64,000 nt of DNA from Pelagomonas calceolata (GCA_918797485.1 CAKKNE010000003.1:682001-746000), one strand, 5' to 3'; numbered from the stretch's first letter, positions 11,377 through 22,394 are shown. The notes: generated by a model from the sequence alone, not told the origin. Program-made: numbers and translations.

Positions 11377-13472
11377 CTACAAGAGGCACAGCTCCTCCGC
11401 CCGGACAGTCTCCCTGAAGCCGCACTTGTCGAACAAGACCCTGAACACGCCCGGCGTGACCTCGGCCTCGACGACGCCCTTGTACCCCTTCCAGACGACG
11501 CGGGCGCCGACGGCCACTCGCTTCGGGACCTTGGACCGCTTGTGTGGGCGACCACCGACGTCCGCAACGTTCTGCCGCGGCTGCGGCGCGCGGATCGACC
11601 GGCGCGTTGGCTCGGCCGTCGCGAAGACGGCGTCCAGCCGAGCGTGGTCGCGCGTCAGCCGCCGCGCGACGGACGCCCGCCGCGCGACATACGGTGCGAC
11701 GGGCGCCCGCCGCGCTGTTCGGGGCGCGGCGACCGCCTCCTTCGGCTTCGACTTCTCGTGGGCCTTGGCGTCGTCGCGGTCGAGGCCGCGCACGAGCTCT
11801 TCAGCCAGCTCCGCGCCCAGACCGAGCGGCCCAAACAACTCCACTAGCGACGCCACGGCACCGTCCCCGTGCGCACCCGCCGACGCTATCATCCTTCGCC
11901 GCGCCTTGAGCTGGGCCGCGTCGTCGCGCGAGGCGATGGGCCGCTCGCCCTGCGACGGCGCCGGCGTCGGCGCCGGGGCGTCACCCGACTCCGTGCGCAG
12001 CGCTTCGGGCGACGCAGCGTCGGCGCCCGCGTTGTCCACGTCCATGGGATGCGTCGCGTCCGGCGCCGGCGCCGGCGTCGGCCCCGCAGCGGCCGTCGCC
12101 GCCGCCACGATCTCGTCGAGGACGCGCGTCGCGGGCGCGAACAGTTTGGGGCCCGTCAATTCGGTAAAGCCCTCGGCCTTCTTCGACGGCTTGGGCAGCA
12201 CGTCGGCCGGGAAGAAGGACGCCAGGGCGGCCGCGAGGTCGTCGTAGGCCTCGCCCAGCCCTTTCCTGTAATCCGCTCTGCTAGCATGTGGTCGCGCCTT
12301 GGCGTCGTCCAGATGCGTGCGCGACCGCCATTTGGTCCGCGCAGCCGGCGTGAACACGCCGTTGAGCGGACCACCAGCGAGTCTCGCCCTTAAGACCTTC
12401 GTCGCGAGCCGAACCAATCCTGGGCGCGTCGCGTCCGACCCGCTGGTCGACGCCGCGGCCGTGACGGCGCCGGCCTCTAGCCCGCAGCACTCCGTCGCGA
12501 CGGACACGAGCGCGGCGCGGAACGCCGCCTCGTCCGTCTTCGCAGCGTCGCGCGCCGCCTGTTCATTCGCCTTGCGCGCCTCGCGCCTCTCCGGACTCGC
12601 GAAATGGAGTAAGCGCGCCAATTCCGCCGCCCACTCCGACCGCTCGCACGCGCTCGGCGCGTTCTTCACGCAGAACTGCGAGGGGACAACGCGTTGGCGC
12701 GCGCGCGCGATTGCTCAGGGACGCAGGGCGCACGCACCTCGACCGCTTGCTTCTCGTTCATCTCTCCAGAAGTCTGGAGGGCCGCGCAGGTCGATTCCAA
12801 CGCGGCGGCTATAAAGCCAACTGGACCGGCCAGTTCAGCGAACGCGGGCCGGATGCCGGGGCAGGTCGATGGCCCGCTCCACGAGGACTTCTTCTCGTCC
12901 TTCGCCGCCGACGGCTCCTTTTTTGGGGCCTCCGGGGCGGCGGGCTCCTGCTTCACGCCCTTCGCCGCCGGCTCTATTTTGAGGACCCCCGGGGCGGGCG
13001 CCGAGGCGGTCGCCGGGGCGGTCGCCGGGGCGGCCGCCGGGGTGGTCGCCGGGGCGGTCGCCGGGGCGGGCGCCGGGGCTGGAGCGGGCGCGACGACCTT
13101 GTCGTCGAGGCCCGCGGGCTTTGCGTCGGCCGCATCCTTCTTCGACGGCTTGCCGCCGCCGCATCGCGGCGAGAACGCGGCGTGGACCGTCGAATCTAAT
13201 TGCTTGACCGCGACGTCTGCTCCTCCGGGCCCGAAGCTCGCCACGATGCTTTTCGCGACGCTGGCGCCATCGGTGGCGTTCAATAAACGGACGGTGCCGT
13301 CGGGGACGAGCGGTATGCTCGGCTGCTTGTCGGCGCAGTTCGCAGCAGCGCCGGCGCTGCAAATCGCAGCTACTCCGGATACGAGGCGGCTCGGCGACGC
13401 TGCAGCGATGCCGGCGGCGAACGGCTTCGCGTAGCGGCGCGTCACCGTGAGCAAGGCGGCAACGCGAAGCAT
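11377..13472 (-). CDS. Hypothetical protein with Ala/Pro-rich linker and C-terminal KOW/SH3-like motif; intron 12676-12737; possibly chimeric
   Basis: GT-AG intron joins ORFs 12666-13481 and 11377-12669; C-terminus VGARVVWKGYKGVVEAEV. Confidence 0.55.
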
Positions 13473-13529
13473 ATCTTTCAACAGCTGTCACCAATGCTGA
13501 TCACTCTGTCGTCTTGTCGGTGCGGCTTG

Positions 13530-13551
13530 CTAGCGTACTTAAGTACACTAG
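13530..13551 (+). promoter_or_regulatory. CTAG-bounded promoter-region motif, copy 3
   Basis: CTAGCGTACTTAAGTACACTAG, an almost perfect palindrome, in divergent intergenic DNA. Confidence 0.65.
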
Positions 13552-13797
13552 GACGGCTGAAGGCCCAACACGCGCAACTCGCAAATAAGACCCATTTAAG
13601 CATTTATCATCGATCTATCATCGATTCTTGCAGTTGCTGCGGCTGCAGTCATTTTTCGGCTCGCGCAACGACCTCTGCAGGACATACAGCCTCCCACGCT
13701 GTCATACAGCCTCCCACGCTCGCGAGCAGCTCACTCGCAACAGCCTCAGCCCTGGAGCAGGGACAGCACACATCCCTCCCACGCCGCCGAGCAGCAA

Positions 13798-14493
13798 ATG
13801 GCAACATTAATCAGCGAATTTGACGACCCGCCTGGCGCCGCAAAACGCCCGGAGGAACCTCCAGCTGTGGACCTCGCCGCCGCGGCGGCGACCGGCGACG
13901 TCGAGGCGCTGCGGCGCGCGTTCGAGGCGCAGCTCGCGGCGCAAGAGCAGCGCCACGCGGCGGAGCTGCGCGCGGCGGCGCTCGGCGACGCCAAGGTTCC
14001 GCTCCTCGGCGCGACGAAACGGCTGCTCGCCGAGGCCGACGCGATGCGCGCGTCGCGGAATCGAGGGGACGAGGACGAGGACGTCTTCGCCGGTCCGACG
14101 AACGACGACGGCGCGCCACCGGCCGACGTGGCGCGCGCCATCGCCGCGGCGCGCGCGCTGCCGGAGCACCGCCGCCACGACGCGTACGCCGTCGACCTCT
14201 GCCTGGCGGAGCACGCGTGGGCGGCGCAGGACTGGGGCCGCGCGCGCGTGGCCTGTCGACGCGTTTTGCGGGCGGCCGAACGGGTCTGTACGAAGAAGCC
14301 GCCGCCGAAAGACGCCGTAGCCGTGCTCGAGCGGGCACGCGCGGACCGCGGCCGCGTCGCCGCCGGCGACGTGAACTCGCTCGACGCCGCGCTGTCGAAC
14401 GGCGACTTCGAGCTCGCGTCTTTGCTGGCGGAGCAGATTTCGGCGCGGCTCGACCCTCCTGACGATTGCCCAGGCGAGGATTCGTGGGTCTAG
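13798..14493 (+). CDS. Hypothetical protein
   Basis: 231-aa ORF, GC3-rich codons, ATG in a caaATG context. Confidence 0.6.
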   Translation: MATLISEFDDPPGAAKRPEEPPAVDLAAAAATGDVEALRRAFEAQLAAQEQRHAAELRAAALGDAKVPLLGATKRLLAEADAMRASRNRGDEDEDVFAGPTNDDGAPPADVARAIAAARALPEHRRHDAYAVDLCLAEHAWAAQDWGRARVACRRVLRAAERVCTKKPPPKDAVAVLERARADRGRVAAGDVNSLDAALSNGDFELASLLAEQISARLDPPDDCPGEDSWV

Positions 14494-14555
14494 TGATCAC
14501 GGCCTCGCGTCGTCAGTTTCGTGTGTGTGTAAGAGTAGTAGTAGTACAACCAAAC

Positions 14556-15380
14556 TTACACAGACAGCAGCACCTTGCACTCGTCGTACCCCTTGCGCAT
14601 GATCTTGATTCGGATGCTATGGACGGGTAGCGAGCCCCAGTCGTGCCCGGCCATGGCCCGGCGTACACTTGCGAACGCGGCATCCACGTCCGGGCCCTTC
14701 AATCCCCTCTTGCGGTACAGGGATAAGTGGTCGCAGTTGGCCTTGCCGCCTTTGATTGGGCCCATAATTTCCTCCTTGAGGGCGCGCAGCGCGTCTCTCG
14801 ATGATTTCGCCAGGCCAATATAGTTGCCCGCGGACCAGTTATTAAATCCTGGCCCGAACGCCACCTCCGTCGGGGGCGATAGCCCTCTGCAGCGCTCGGC
14901 TATCTCCCGCACCTGGCCGGCGCTCAGCCGGCCCTTGTGGAACGAGATGTGCCGCGATCCGTCCCGCTGCATGCATTTGTCCTGGATGTGCGGCCACTCG
15001 TCGCAGCTCTCCTTGCACCGCGCCAGGCCGGCTCTGAAGCCTTCGGTCGATTCGCGGCAGCACAGGTAGACGAGGCACTCTGGCTTCCGATTCCCGTTAT
15101 GGTGGCCTTCGGACAGGAAGGACTCGAAGGAATTCCGGGCGCCGTCCACGGGATCGGGAGGCAAGACGTGCTCCGCAGTCGGCAGGAGGGCAGGAGCCAC
15201 CGCGGCTTGCGCGGGCGGCGGCGGCGCGTCCGAGCGCCGCCGTTTCGCGCGCGGCGCGTCGTTTTCAGAATCCGAAGACTCGAGCTCCAGCGGCGCAGCC
15301 GAGCTGCCCGTGCCACGGACGACGCGTGGTGTGGGTGTGTCGTCGGCATCCACATCGATTGCTGCCGCCAGGGACGCCAT
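14556..15380 (-). CDS. 2H phosphoesterase-superfamily-like protein
   Basis: Two HxS-hydrophobic motifs (RHISF, DHLSL) about 75 aa apart; NLS-like AKRRR. Confidence 0.55.
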   Translation of the reverse strand: MASLAAAIDVDADDTPTPRVVRGTGSSAAPLELESSDSENDAPRAKRRRSDAPPPPAQAAVAPALLPTAEHVLPPDPVDGARNSFESFLSEGHHNGNRKPECLVYLCCRESTEGFRAGLARCKESCDEWPHIQDKCMQRDGSRHISFHKGRLSAGQVREIAERCRGLSPPTEVAFGPGFNNWSAGNYIGLAKSSRDALRALKEEIMGPIKGGKANCDHLSLYRKRGLKGPDVDAAFASVRRAMAGHDWGSLPVHSIRIKIMRKGYDECKVLLSV

Positions 15381-15734
15381 TGTGTCGCAGCGATGCCCAG
15401 GCAGCGCCGCGCTGTCGTGCGCTTATAGTACGCAGCCAGCAGTAGGCCCTGCACGAGGCGCACCGATCGATGCGCAGCGCGCGCCGCACCGCTGGAGCCC
15501 AAAAGCTCTGGAGAGACGCGTAGCGTACCTGAGGCTACCCTGCCAAATTTTGGGTGCCAGCAGAGACAAATGCGCGGAGCTAGAGCCGATTCGCGTGACC
15601 ACAAAACCCGTGCGGCAGAAGGACGCGCGCGTCGTTCTACGACGTCGTGCAGCTGCCACCACCCCAAGAAAGAAGACAAAAGCCAAAACAACAACTGGCG
15701 GCGGCGCCACATTACGCCGTCGCGGACAGACAAA

Positions 15735-16685
15735 TCACCGGGCGGCCCGCTCGAACGCGGTCTGCAACAACGCCCGCAGCTCGCGCGCGAAGTCGTCGCC
15801 GCCGAGCACCTTCTCGTAGGGCGCGTCGCCGTCCTCGTCCAATAACCGCGCGTCGGCGCCCGCTTCTAAGAGCCGCGCCGCGCAGGCCAAGCGCCCGGGC
15901 GCGGCCTTGATGGAGGACGCCGCGATGTGCAGGGGCGACGCGGCTGAGAGTTGGTTCTGCGCGTTGACATTTGCACCAGCAGCTATCAGAGCATCTAATG
16001 CATTAGCGTTGCCCCACATCGCTGCAATATGTAAAGCCGTCTGGCCCAGCGAGTTCCCGTACGAAGGATCCAAGCCCTCGGCCAAGCACGCTTTGATGGC
16101 ATTGGCATCATCTCTTTGGGCGGCAGCTAAGAGCTTGGTGGATGGATCGAGCGACGGCGGCGGCGGCCGCGCCTGGAACGGCGGCGGCGCGAGAGATCGA
16201 GCGGCGTCGTCCTCGAGTTGTTCTAGCAACTCAATGGCCATCGTACAGACACCAGCGACATCCCGCGCGTCCAGATTCACCACGTTCTCGGTGATGGCCC
16301 TCGCAATGGCTTCGAGCGCGCGGTCCCCCTGTTGAGTCAATCGCGGCCGCGGCCGCGTCTCCGTCCAGGGGATGTCCGCATGGCAAGCTAATAACTCATC
16401 ATGGATCTCATTGATACATAGCGCGACGTCCTCCTGCCTTACCTCATTCATCGCCATCGGGATGCCGCACATGGCCCTTCGGCCATTTTTGAAGACGATG
16501 GCGATGGCCACATCTACTGGACTACAATTCGGGTCGCCACATTGCACTTCTCGCGCATTTATCAACACCGTGTCGGGCACGGCTCGGATCGCGGCCTTGA
16601 CCGTGTCTGGCAGGAGCTCTTTCGCCCACGCTACTACTCGCGCGGAGGCGTTCTGCCGTTGTCCAACTTTCGAGGGGTCGAACAT
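15735..16685 (-). CDS. Ankyrin-repeat protein
   Basis: GQTALHIAAMWGN, SPLHIAA, GADARLLDEDGDAP; start may be upstream at 16805. Confidence 0.8.
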   Translation of the reverse strand: MFDPSKVGQRQNASARVVAWAKELLPDTVKAAIRAVPDTVLINAREVQCGDPNCSPVDVAIAIVFKNGRRAMCGIPMAMNEVRQEDVALCINEIHDELLACHADIPWTETRPRPRLTQQGDRALEAIARAITENVVNLDARDVAGVCTMAIELLEQLEDDAARSLAPPPFQARPPPPSLDPSTKLLAAAQRDDANAIKACLAEGLDPSYGNSLGQTALHIAAMWGNANALDALIAAGANVNAQNQLSAASPLHIAASSIKAAPGRLACAARLLEAGADARLLDEDGDAPYEKVLGGDDFARELRALLQTAFERAAR

Positions 16686-16920
16686 GCCCGTCAGTGCGCG
16701 CGGCGCCGGCGGCCGGCGGACGATGGGTTTGAGCGCTGCGGCGCCTTGAGCTTGATCTGTCTGGTTAGCGCGGTTTTGCGACAGAGCGGCCCTTATTGCT
16801 CGCATCTGCCGCTGCACGCAAGCAGCTGGCGCGACAGCTGAGGCTCTCCTAGCCTCAAGGGGTCCGTAACGCGCCCGCTTCTGGCCTGTCTTGTCCGCTT
16901 TGGCTCCGGTGCCTGCAATC

Positions 16921-16942
16921 CTAGTGTGTCAATGCACGCTAG
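16921..16942 (-). promoter_or_regulatory. CTAG-bounded promoter-region motif, copy 4
   Basis: CTAGTGTGTCAATGCACGCTAG (reverse orientation), divergent intergenic. Confidence 0.6.
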
Positions 16943-17317
16943 GTGTCCAGCACCAGTCGTTTTGCATCTGCGTGCTCCAGGACTCGTGTATGGCTCACTG
17001 ACAGGCCTTTGGAGATGTGCGTCGGCTTTTCTCGCAGCCTCATTTCACGCCACGCCTCAGCCGCTGGTCCTCCGTCGAACGGCCGCGACACAGCATTACA
17101 GCTCAGGACGAGCGAACGAACGCTACTGTACCATACGCGAACAGCGCTTCAGCCCTCGACACTGCTCCCGGAGCCGCCAACTCAGGTGGGCCAGAGAAAA
17201 GCAGCAGCAGCGCCAGGCGATACTGACGCGCGACGAGCGCCGACGAGCGAGGCGCTGCGCCAGAGCCAAGAGCCAAAAGCAAAGATAGGGAAGGGCGCGC
17301 AACAAACCGGACGCGAG

Positions 17318-18766
17318 ATGTGCCTCGCGTCCAACCTCGTGAAGGAGGCCGCCGCGCACGCGGACTCCGCGGCCGCCGCGGATAAAGCGCTGAGGGAAAT
17401 AGACCACGAGAAGACGACGTTCACGCGGCGCGAGATCGAGAGCCAGCGGCACGACCTTGTTATTATTGAGGACCGCGTCTACGACGCGGACCGCTTCCAA
17501 TGGGCGCACCCTGGAGGAAGCCTGTTCGTGGCCATGTTCGGCGGCCGCGACGGGACCCTCGCGTTCCAGTCCTACCACATGCGCAACTTCCCGCACGAGA
17601 AGCTGCGGCCGTACCTGCGGGGTCGATTGGCGCCCGGCGAAACAATTACAAGGTTCGATCAGGACCACCTCGAGCTGTCGAAGAAGCTGGGCGGCGCGGC
17701 GCCCTACTTCGCGCCGCGGCACCAGCAGTACAAGGCCGCGTTCATCTGGGTTTTAGCTTTCGCATTGGAGGCCTACGCTTTGACGGTGAAGCGGTCCTGG
17801 GCCCTCGCGACGGTCCTGGGCTTTTTATATGCGATGATCGGGTTGAACATCCAGCACGACGCGAACCATGGGGCCATGTTCAAGGACGGCCTGAAGAACA
17901 TGGCCTGGGGCCTTTCGCAGCAGTGGATCGGCGGCTCGCAAGTCATGTGGTTGCAAGAACATGTCGTGCTGCACCACATGCATACGGGAGATGTCCACAT
18001 GGATCCCGACGCGCAGATGGCGCCGGCGATGCGGGGCTACTCCGGGAGCATGTACCTGCCCTGGATGGTGCTGCAGCACTACTACTTTCTGTTGCTCGAG
18101 TTAGGCTACTGGGTCGTGCCGAACATCGGGCACTTCTTCGAGGTGTTAGCTTGGTCTCATAAATTTGAGTACCCCCTGTCGAGGTTGGCGATGCCGTGCT
18201 GGCGGACGCAGTCTACTTTGTTGCATCTCCTGTACTACGTCCGGCACATCATTCTGCCTTCACTGGTGGCGATTCGGGCCGCGACACCGGACGAGGTGTT
18301 CTCAGCTGTAGGAAGAGAACTGGCCGTGTCGCTGTGGATGTCGACGGTCGGTGGTTTTTACCTGGCGTTCTTCTTCTTCTTGAGCCACAACTTCGACGGG
18401 GTCCATTTTACCGAGGGTGCGAACGCCGGCGGCGACTGTTTGTACGAGGCCGATTCGGGGTTCCTCAAGCAGCAGGCCGCGTCGTCGTCGAACGTCGGCG
18501 GCGAGAAGCTCTGTGTCTTGAACGGCGGCCTGAACTACCAGATCGAGCACCACCTCTTTCCGCGGATCGCGCACTCGCATTATCCGCACATCTCGAAGAA
18601 GGTCCGGCCCTTCGTCACGGCGAAGGGCGGCCAGTACATCCACTTCGACACGGTCTGGGACAACTTGAGTTCGGTGCACAAATATCTCAAGCGGTTCTCG
18701 GACCCGCTCTTCAACCCGGTCGTGAAGGGGCCCGCGCGGCCGACGCCCGAGGAGATGGGGGGCTGA
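17318..18766 (+). CDS. Front-end fatty acid desaturase with cytochrome b5 domain (delta-4/5 type)
   Basis: HPGG heme motif; His boxes HDANH, HVVLHH, QIEHH. Confidence 0.9.
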   Translation: MCLASNLVKEAAAHADSAAAADKALREIDHEKTTFTRREIESQRHDLVIIEDRVYDADRFQWAHPGGSLFVAMFGGRDGTLAFQSYHMRNFPHEKLRPYLRGRLAPGETITRFDQDHLELSKKLGGAAPYFAPRHQQYKAAFIWVLAFALEAYALTVKRSWALATVLGFLYAMIGLNIQHDANHGAMFKDGLKNMAWGLSQQWIGGSQVMWLQEHVVLHHMHTGDVHMDPDAQMAPAMRGYSGSMYLPWMVLQHYYFLLLELGYWVVPNIGHFFEVLAWSHKFEYPLSRLAMPCWRTQSTLLHLLYYVRHIILPSLVAIRAATPDEVFSAVGRELAVSLWMSTVGGFYLAFFFFLSHNFDGVHFTEGANAGGDCLYEADSGFLKQQAASSSNVGGEKLCVLNGGLNYQIEHHLFPRIAHSHYPHISKKVRPFVTAKGGQYIHFDTVWDNLSSVHKYLKRFSDPLFNPVVKGPARPTPEEMGG

Positions 18767-18953
18767 TTCCCGTACGTGTAACTATTGAATATCGGTGGTT
18801 TTCGGCGTCGGCGCGGCGCCTATGTCGGCGGTCGCGGCGATGGCGTATGAGCGGAGCTCGTTTTTTATACGCCATCGAGGCGTATCCCCGAGTAGTAAGA
18901 GAGAGGCAGGGTACTAAGAGGAGGGAACGTTAAACAGGGCACCCCCAACGACC

Positions 18954-19890
18954 CTACTCGCCCTTGTTGATCTGGTCGACGAGCCACTCCATGCCGTCTT
19001 GTAACCCCTTGCCCGTCTTCGCCGAGCACTCGACGACGAAGTAGTTGCGCCCCTTGAGCACGGGCGCCACGGACTCCTCGATCTCGCACTGCTCCATCGC
19101 GTTCATCAGATCAGACTTGTTGCCGTACACCAACACGGGGATGTCCGCCAGCTTCGCCTCATCCACGAGCTGTCCGAGCTCCATGGACGTCTCTTCCATC
19201 CTACGGTGGTCCGCGGCGTCGATGACATACACTAAGGCATCGGTCTGGTCGAAGTAGTTCCGCCAGTACGGTCGGATGCTCTTCTGGCCCCCGATGTCCC
19301 ACACATTTAACTTGAAGCCGTCCTGCATGAGGGACTTGATGTTGAAGCCTTGGGTGGGCATGATATGACTAATATCCTCCTCGCTCAACTTCTTGAGGAT
19401 CGTCGTTTTCCCGGAGTTGTCCAGGCCCAAGACCAGGATTCTAGCTTCGTTGTCCGAGCGCTTGAGCTTGCGGAGGAGCGTCTGCGCGCGGGGGTGGGGT
19501 CGCGGCGATGGCGTGAATGGGCGTCCTCTCGACGGCGGCGACGCGACGGCGCGAGTCTCACGGGTCCGAGCCGGCCGCGCCTCGCGCGGAGCTCGGTCGC
19601 AACGCCCGCGTATTGACCGCGTCCCGTGGGCGTGGGTCCGGAGTAGGCGCGACGTCGTACCGGGGGGCGAGGAGGAGTCCTCTCGGCGGCGACGCGGCGA
19701 CTCGGCAACTCGAATCTGATGGCCACGTCGGCCGAGCCGCCCGCGCGGCGCGGAGCTCGGCCGCTCGGACGTCGTGTCGACCGCGTCCCCCGGGCAGCGC
19801 CGCGCCGCGCGCGCCGCGCGGGGATTCATGGGGCAGGCTAATCGGTGGGCTGCCTTGCTTTCGACACGGAGGGCGCACGAGGAGCCCCAT
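18954..19890 (-). CDS. ARL3: ADP-ribosylation factor-like protein 3; exons 19890-19879 and 19481-18954
   Basis: MGLL|TLLRKLK, GLDNSGKTT, PTQGFNIKS, WDIGGQ, NKSD, CSAK. Confidence 0.9.
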
Positions 19891-20365
19891 CGTTCCCGCC
19901 TGGTTCTATGGTCCTTCACGCAAACAGTTCACCGCGTTCGGCTCGGCGGGTCGGTCCGGCTGGAATGGCCGCAAAGCGATGCCGTTTTGTAAAGGCTGGG
20001 CGCCACCCGCCCTAGAGCTTCGGGCGGGTGCGCCGGCCGCGACGCGGTCCCGCGTCGCCTCGGGGACCCGTCGCAGGCCTGGCGGACCTCTTTCTCGGAG
20101 GTCTGAAAAACCCGTGACTTGGCAGCTCGTGCCAGCTTGGAGGCCTGCTTGGTCGCATTGCACATCGTGCGCATAAGACGTCGTTTCGAGCCAATTCGCT
20201 GCTTAAACATTGCCGACTTTGACAGCGCAAGTCGGCGGCAGCGAAATCGCGGCGAGTTTAGACGGCTAGGAGCCGCACCACAAGAGAGCAGCACAGACAA
20301 GATCTTCGGCCGGAGGCGCGCGGAGACTGACAGAGACCACAGGCGCAGCGAAAGCTCTTCGACGG

Positions 20366-21001
20366 ATGCGTTGGCTCACCCTCGCCGTCGCCGCCGCGAC
20401 GACGCGCGCGCTGACGCCGACGCAAGTGCGGAGCCAGCTCGCGCTGACCGGCGAGACGACGGCCGCGCTCAAGACGCAGATCATCAAAGCGGCGAAGGGC
20501 ACGCGCAACGGCGTCGACGCCGACGAGCGCAAGCGCGCCACTGTTGCCGCTTTATGCGACGAGCTCGAAGCGCGCCAGGACAAGCAGCTCTTCGCTCCAT
20601 TAACAGGAGAGCATTCATTGGTCTTCACGACCGTCCAAGGCGGCTCCTCCGGCAAGATTGGGCCCTTCGTCGGCGCCGTCACGCAAACTTTTATTGATGA
20701 CGTGAAATTCGAGAATTCGGTCGAGCTGGGGCCGCTGCGCCTGGCGCTGCAGGCTAAACGGACGCCGAAGGACGGCCAGACCTACCGCGTGGACTTCGAG
20801 AGTTTGGGGGTCGAGCTTTTTGGCGTGAAGCTCTTCGAGAAGGATATGAAGGGCGGCGGCGCCTGGAAGCTGCGGTACGTCGACGAGGATTTGAGAATCA
20901 TGGACACGCCGTCGTTGTTCGTCCTGAAAAGGAGGAAGGACGACGTCGGCCTGCGGGACGTGCTCGCCGATCCCGCGCGGTTCATGGAGGACCCGGACTA
21001 G
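20366..21001 (+). CDS. Plastid PAP/fibrillin-family protein
   Basis: Signal peptide; KGTRNG...ELEA; WKLRYVDEDLRIM...LFVL. Confidence 0.75.
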   Translation: MRWLTLAVAAATTRALTPTQVRSQLALTGETTAALKTQIIKAAKGTRNGVDADERKRATVAALCDELEARQDKQLFAPLTGEHSLVFTTVQGGSSGKIGPFVGAVTQTFIDDVKFENSVELGPLRLALQAKRTPKDGQTYRVDFESLGVELFGVKLFEKDMKGGGAWKLRYVDEDLRIMDTPSLFVLKRRKDDVGLRDVLADPARFMEDPD

Positions 21002-21025
21002 GAGTCGCCTGTTTAAGTTTGCACA

Positions 21026-21502
21026 TTAGTCTTTCTTCTCGGCGGCGAGCTGCCGCCGCAGCCGCGCGAGCTCGTCGCCGGCGGCCGCGTGCGCGGGATG
21101 GACGCGGCCGACGACGACGGCGTCGGCTGGCTCGACGCCGACGACGTGCAGGCGGCCGTCGCGACGGGCGAGCTGGCGTTCGACGGCCTGCTTCTCGCGG
21201 TCCCGCTCGCCGGCGGCCCGCGCGGCCATCTCCTGGAGCAACCCCATGCGGAGGAGCGGAACCGTGCCACCAAGCCCGCCGTCGTGGCAGCCGCCGACGA
21301 ACTCGCCGCCCGCGAAGACCTGGGGCACGGTCCGCGAGCCCGTCCGCTTCGTCAGCTGCACCCGCTGCCAGTCGCTCGCGGCGACCTCCGTGAACGCCAC
21401 GCCGGCGTCGCGGAGGGCGGCTTTCGCCTCGTCGCAGTACGGGCAATCAGGGGCTGAAAACACGACGACGGGCGCCGCCTCAATTATTTCGGCGACGGGC
21501 GT
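21026..21502 (-). CDS. Glutaredoxin domain with no in-frame ATG (5' truncated or frameshifted fusion)
   Basis: VVVFSAPDCPYC, TVPQVF, GGEFVGGC; frame closed upstream with no ATG. Confidence 0.75.
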   Translation of the reverse strand, partial: TPVAEIIEAAPVVVFSAPDCPYCDEAKAALRDAGVAFTEVAASDWQRVQLTKRTGSRTVPQVFAGGEFVGGCHDGGLGGTVPLLRMGLLQEMAARAAGERDREKQAVERQLARRDGRLHVVGVEPADAVVVGRVHPAHAAAGDELARLRRQLAAEKKD

Positions 21503-21942
21503 ATATATATATAGGCTCGCCGCCGCGCCGCGAGGATGGCCGCCTCCTGCGCTTTGGTCGGTCGGTTATCCCCCAGCCACTCAAGCTCCTCGTCCGTAAA
21601 CTTCTTCCGCCATCCTTTGTACCTCGGGTTTTCGAAGAACTGGCGGTCCGTCGGATCGGCCGGGACGGACAGCCGCCCCGAGGAGCGGAGGAACAGGGCG
21701 TAGATCCCGCCGCCGAAGAACAGGGCCACGGCCGCGCCCAGGACGGCGTCGATCATCGGGTTTTTTGTTGGCTCGTCATTCAAGGCCCCAGCCAACTTCG
21801 CCCGGTGATACAGACGCTGGTCGTCCTCGCGGCTCGCCTTGGACCGCTCCTTGGTCGACGTCAGCGCGCGGCGTCGCGTCGACGGCGGTGGTCGTCGTGG
21901 GAGGCGCGCGGCGGCGGCGCGCAGGCCTCGGAGCAGCGCCAT
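21484..21942 (-). CDS. Mitochondrial-presequence single-TM protein, paralog of 22395-23192; appears 3'-truncated
   Basis: Shares NP.Y, F.D.ELE.LG and PTK.Q..AIL.ARR with its neighbour. Confidence 0.55.
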   Translation of the reverse strand: MALLRGLRAAAARLPRRPPPSTRRRALTSTKERSKASREDDQRLYHRAKLAGALNDEPTKNPMIDAVLGAAVALFFGGGIYALFLRSSGRLSVPADPTDRQFFENPRYKGWRKKFTDEELEWLGDNRPTKAQEAAILAARRRAYIYIRPSPK

Positions 21943-22157
21943 ATGGCCTCGTCAGTCGCTGTGGACAGGCCCGGAGACCGCCAGTCGATCCCTAGTCCTT
22001 AAGCACAGCACGCAGCACTGGATTGGATTGGATTGGGCCGCGCCGGGGACGGCTCCGGACGACTTGCGGCACCGGGGGGGCTCTAGTCCCTGGCCCTTAG
22101 CGAAAGCACAGCAGCACAGCGTCGGATTGGGCTGCCCAACATGGCATTATCATGTTT

Positions 22158-22178
22158 CTAGTGTCTCACAGCCGCTAG
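22158..22178 (-). promoter_or_regulatory. CTAG-bounded promoter-region motif, copy 5
   Basis: CTAGTGTCTCACAGCCGCTAG upstream of ATG 21942. Confidence 0.6.
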
Positions 22179-22306
22179 CTGTTTGCCCGGGGTTGACGTT
22201 GTACATGCTCGGGGGGGGGAGGGCGGGGTGTCGAGGCGGTTCAGCTTAGAAGGAGGTACGCTGTTGTGAAAGAAGCGGCAAGCGGCACGCGCCCGCCGCC
22301 GATGAA

Positions 22307-22366
22307 TCGGCGACGCGCAGTGTCTCCCCCCCAGGGGCTCTCTGCCCACTGTCCTGCACCGTAACA
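22307..22366. repeat. Dispersed ~60-bp non-coding repeat, copy 1
   Basis: tcggcgacgcgcagtgtctcccccccaggggctc...gcccactgtcctgcaccgtaaca; near-identical to 58567-58625. Confidence 0.75.
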
Positions 22367-22394
22367 ATCTACGTACAATTAACTTGATTGCACA

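Noticed and set aside
12985..13090. Tandem 12-bp repeats (ggcggtcgccgg)
   Set aside because: Encode a PAPA/PATA linker; no unique spacers, not CRISPR
21089..21200. Plus-strand EF-hand-like DAADDDGVGWLDADD
   Set aside because: Antisense to the glutaredoxin C-terminal frame; no independent start or support
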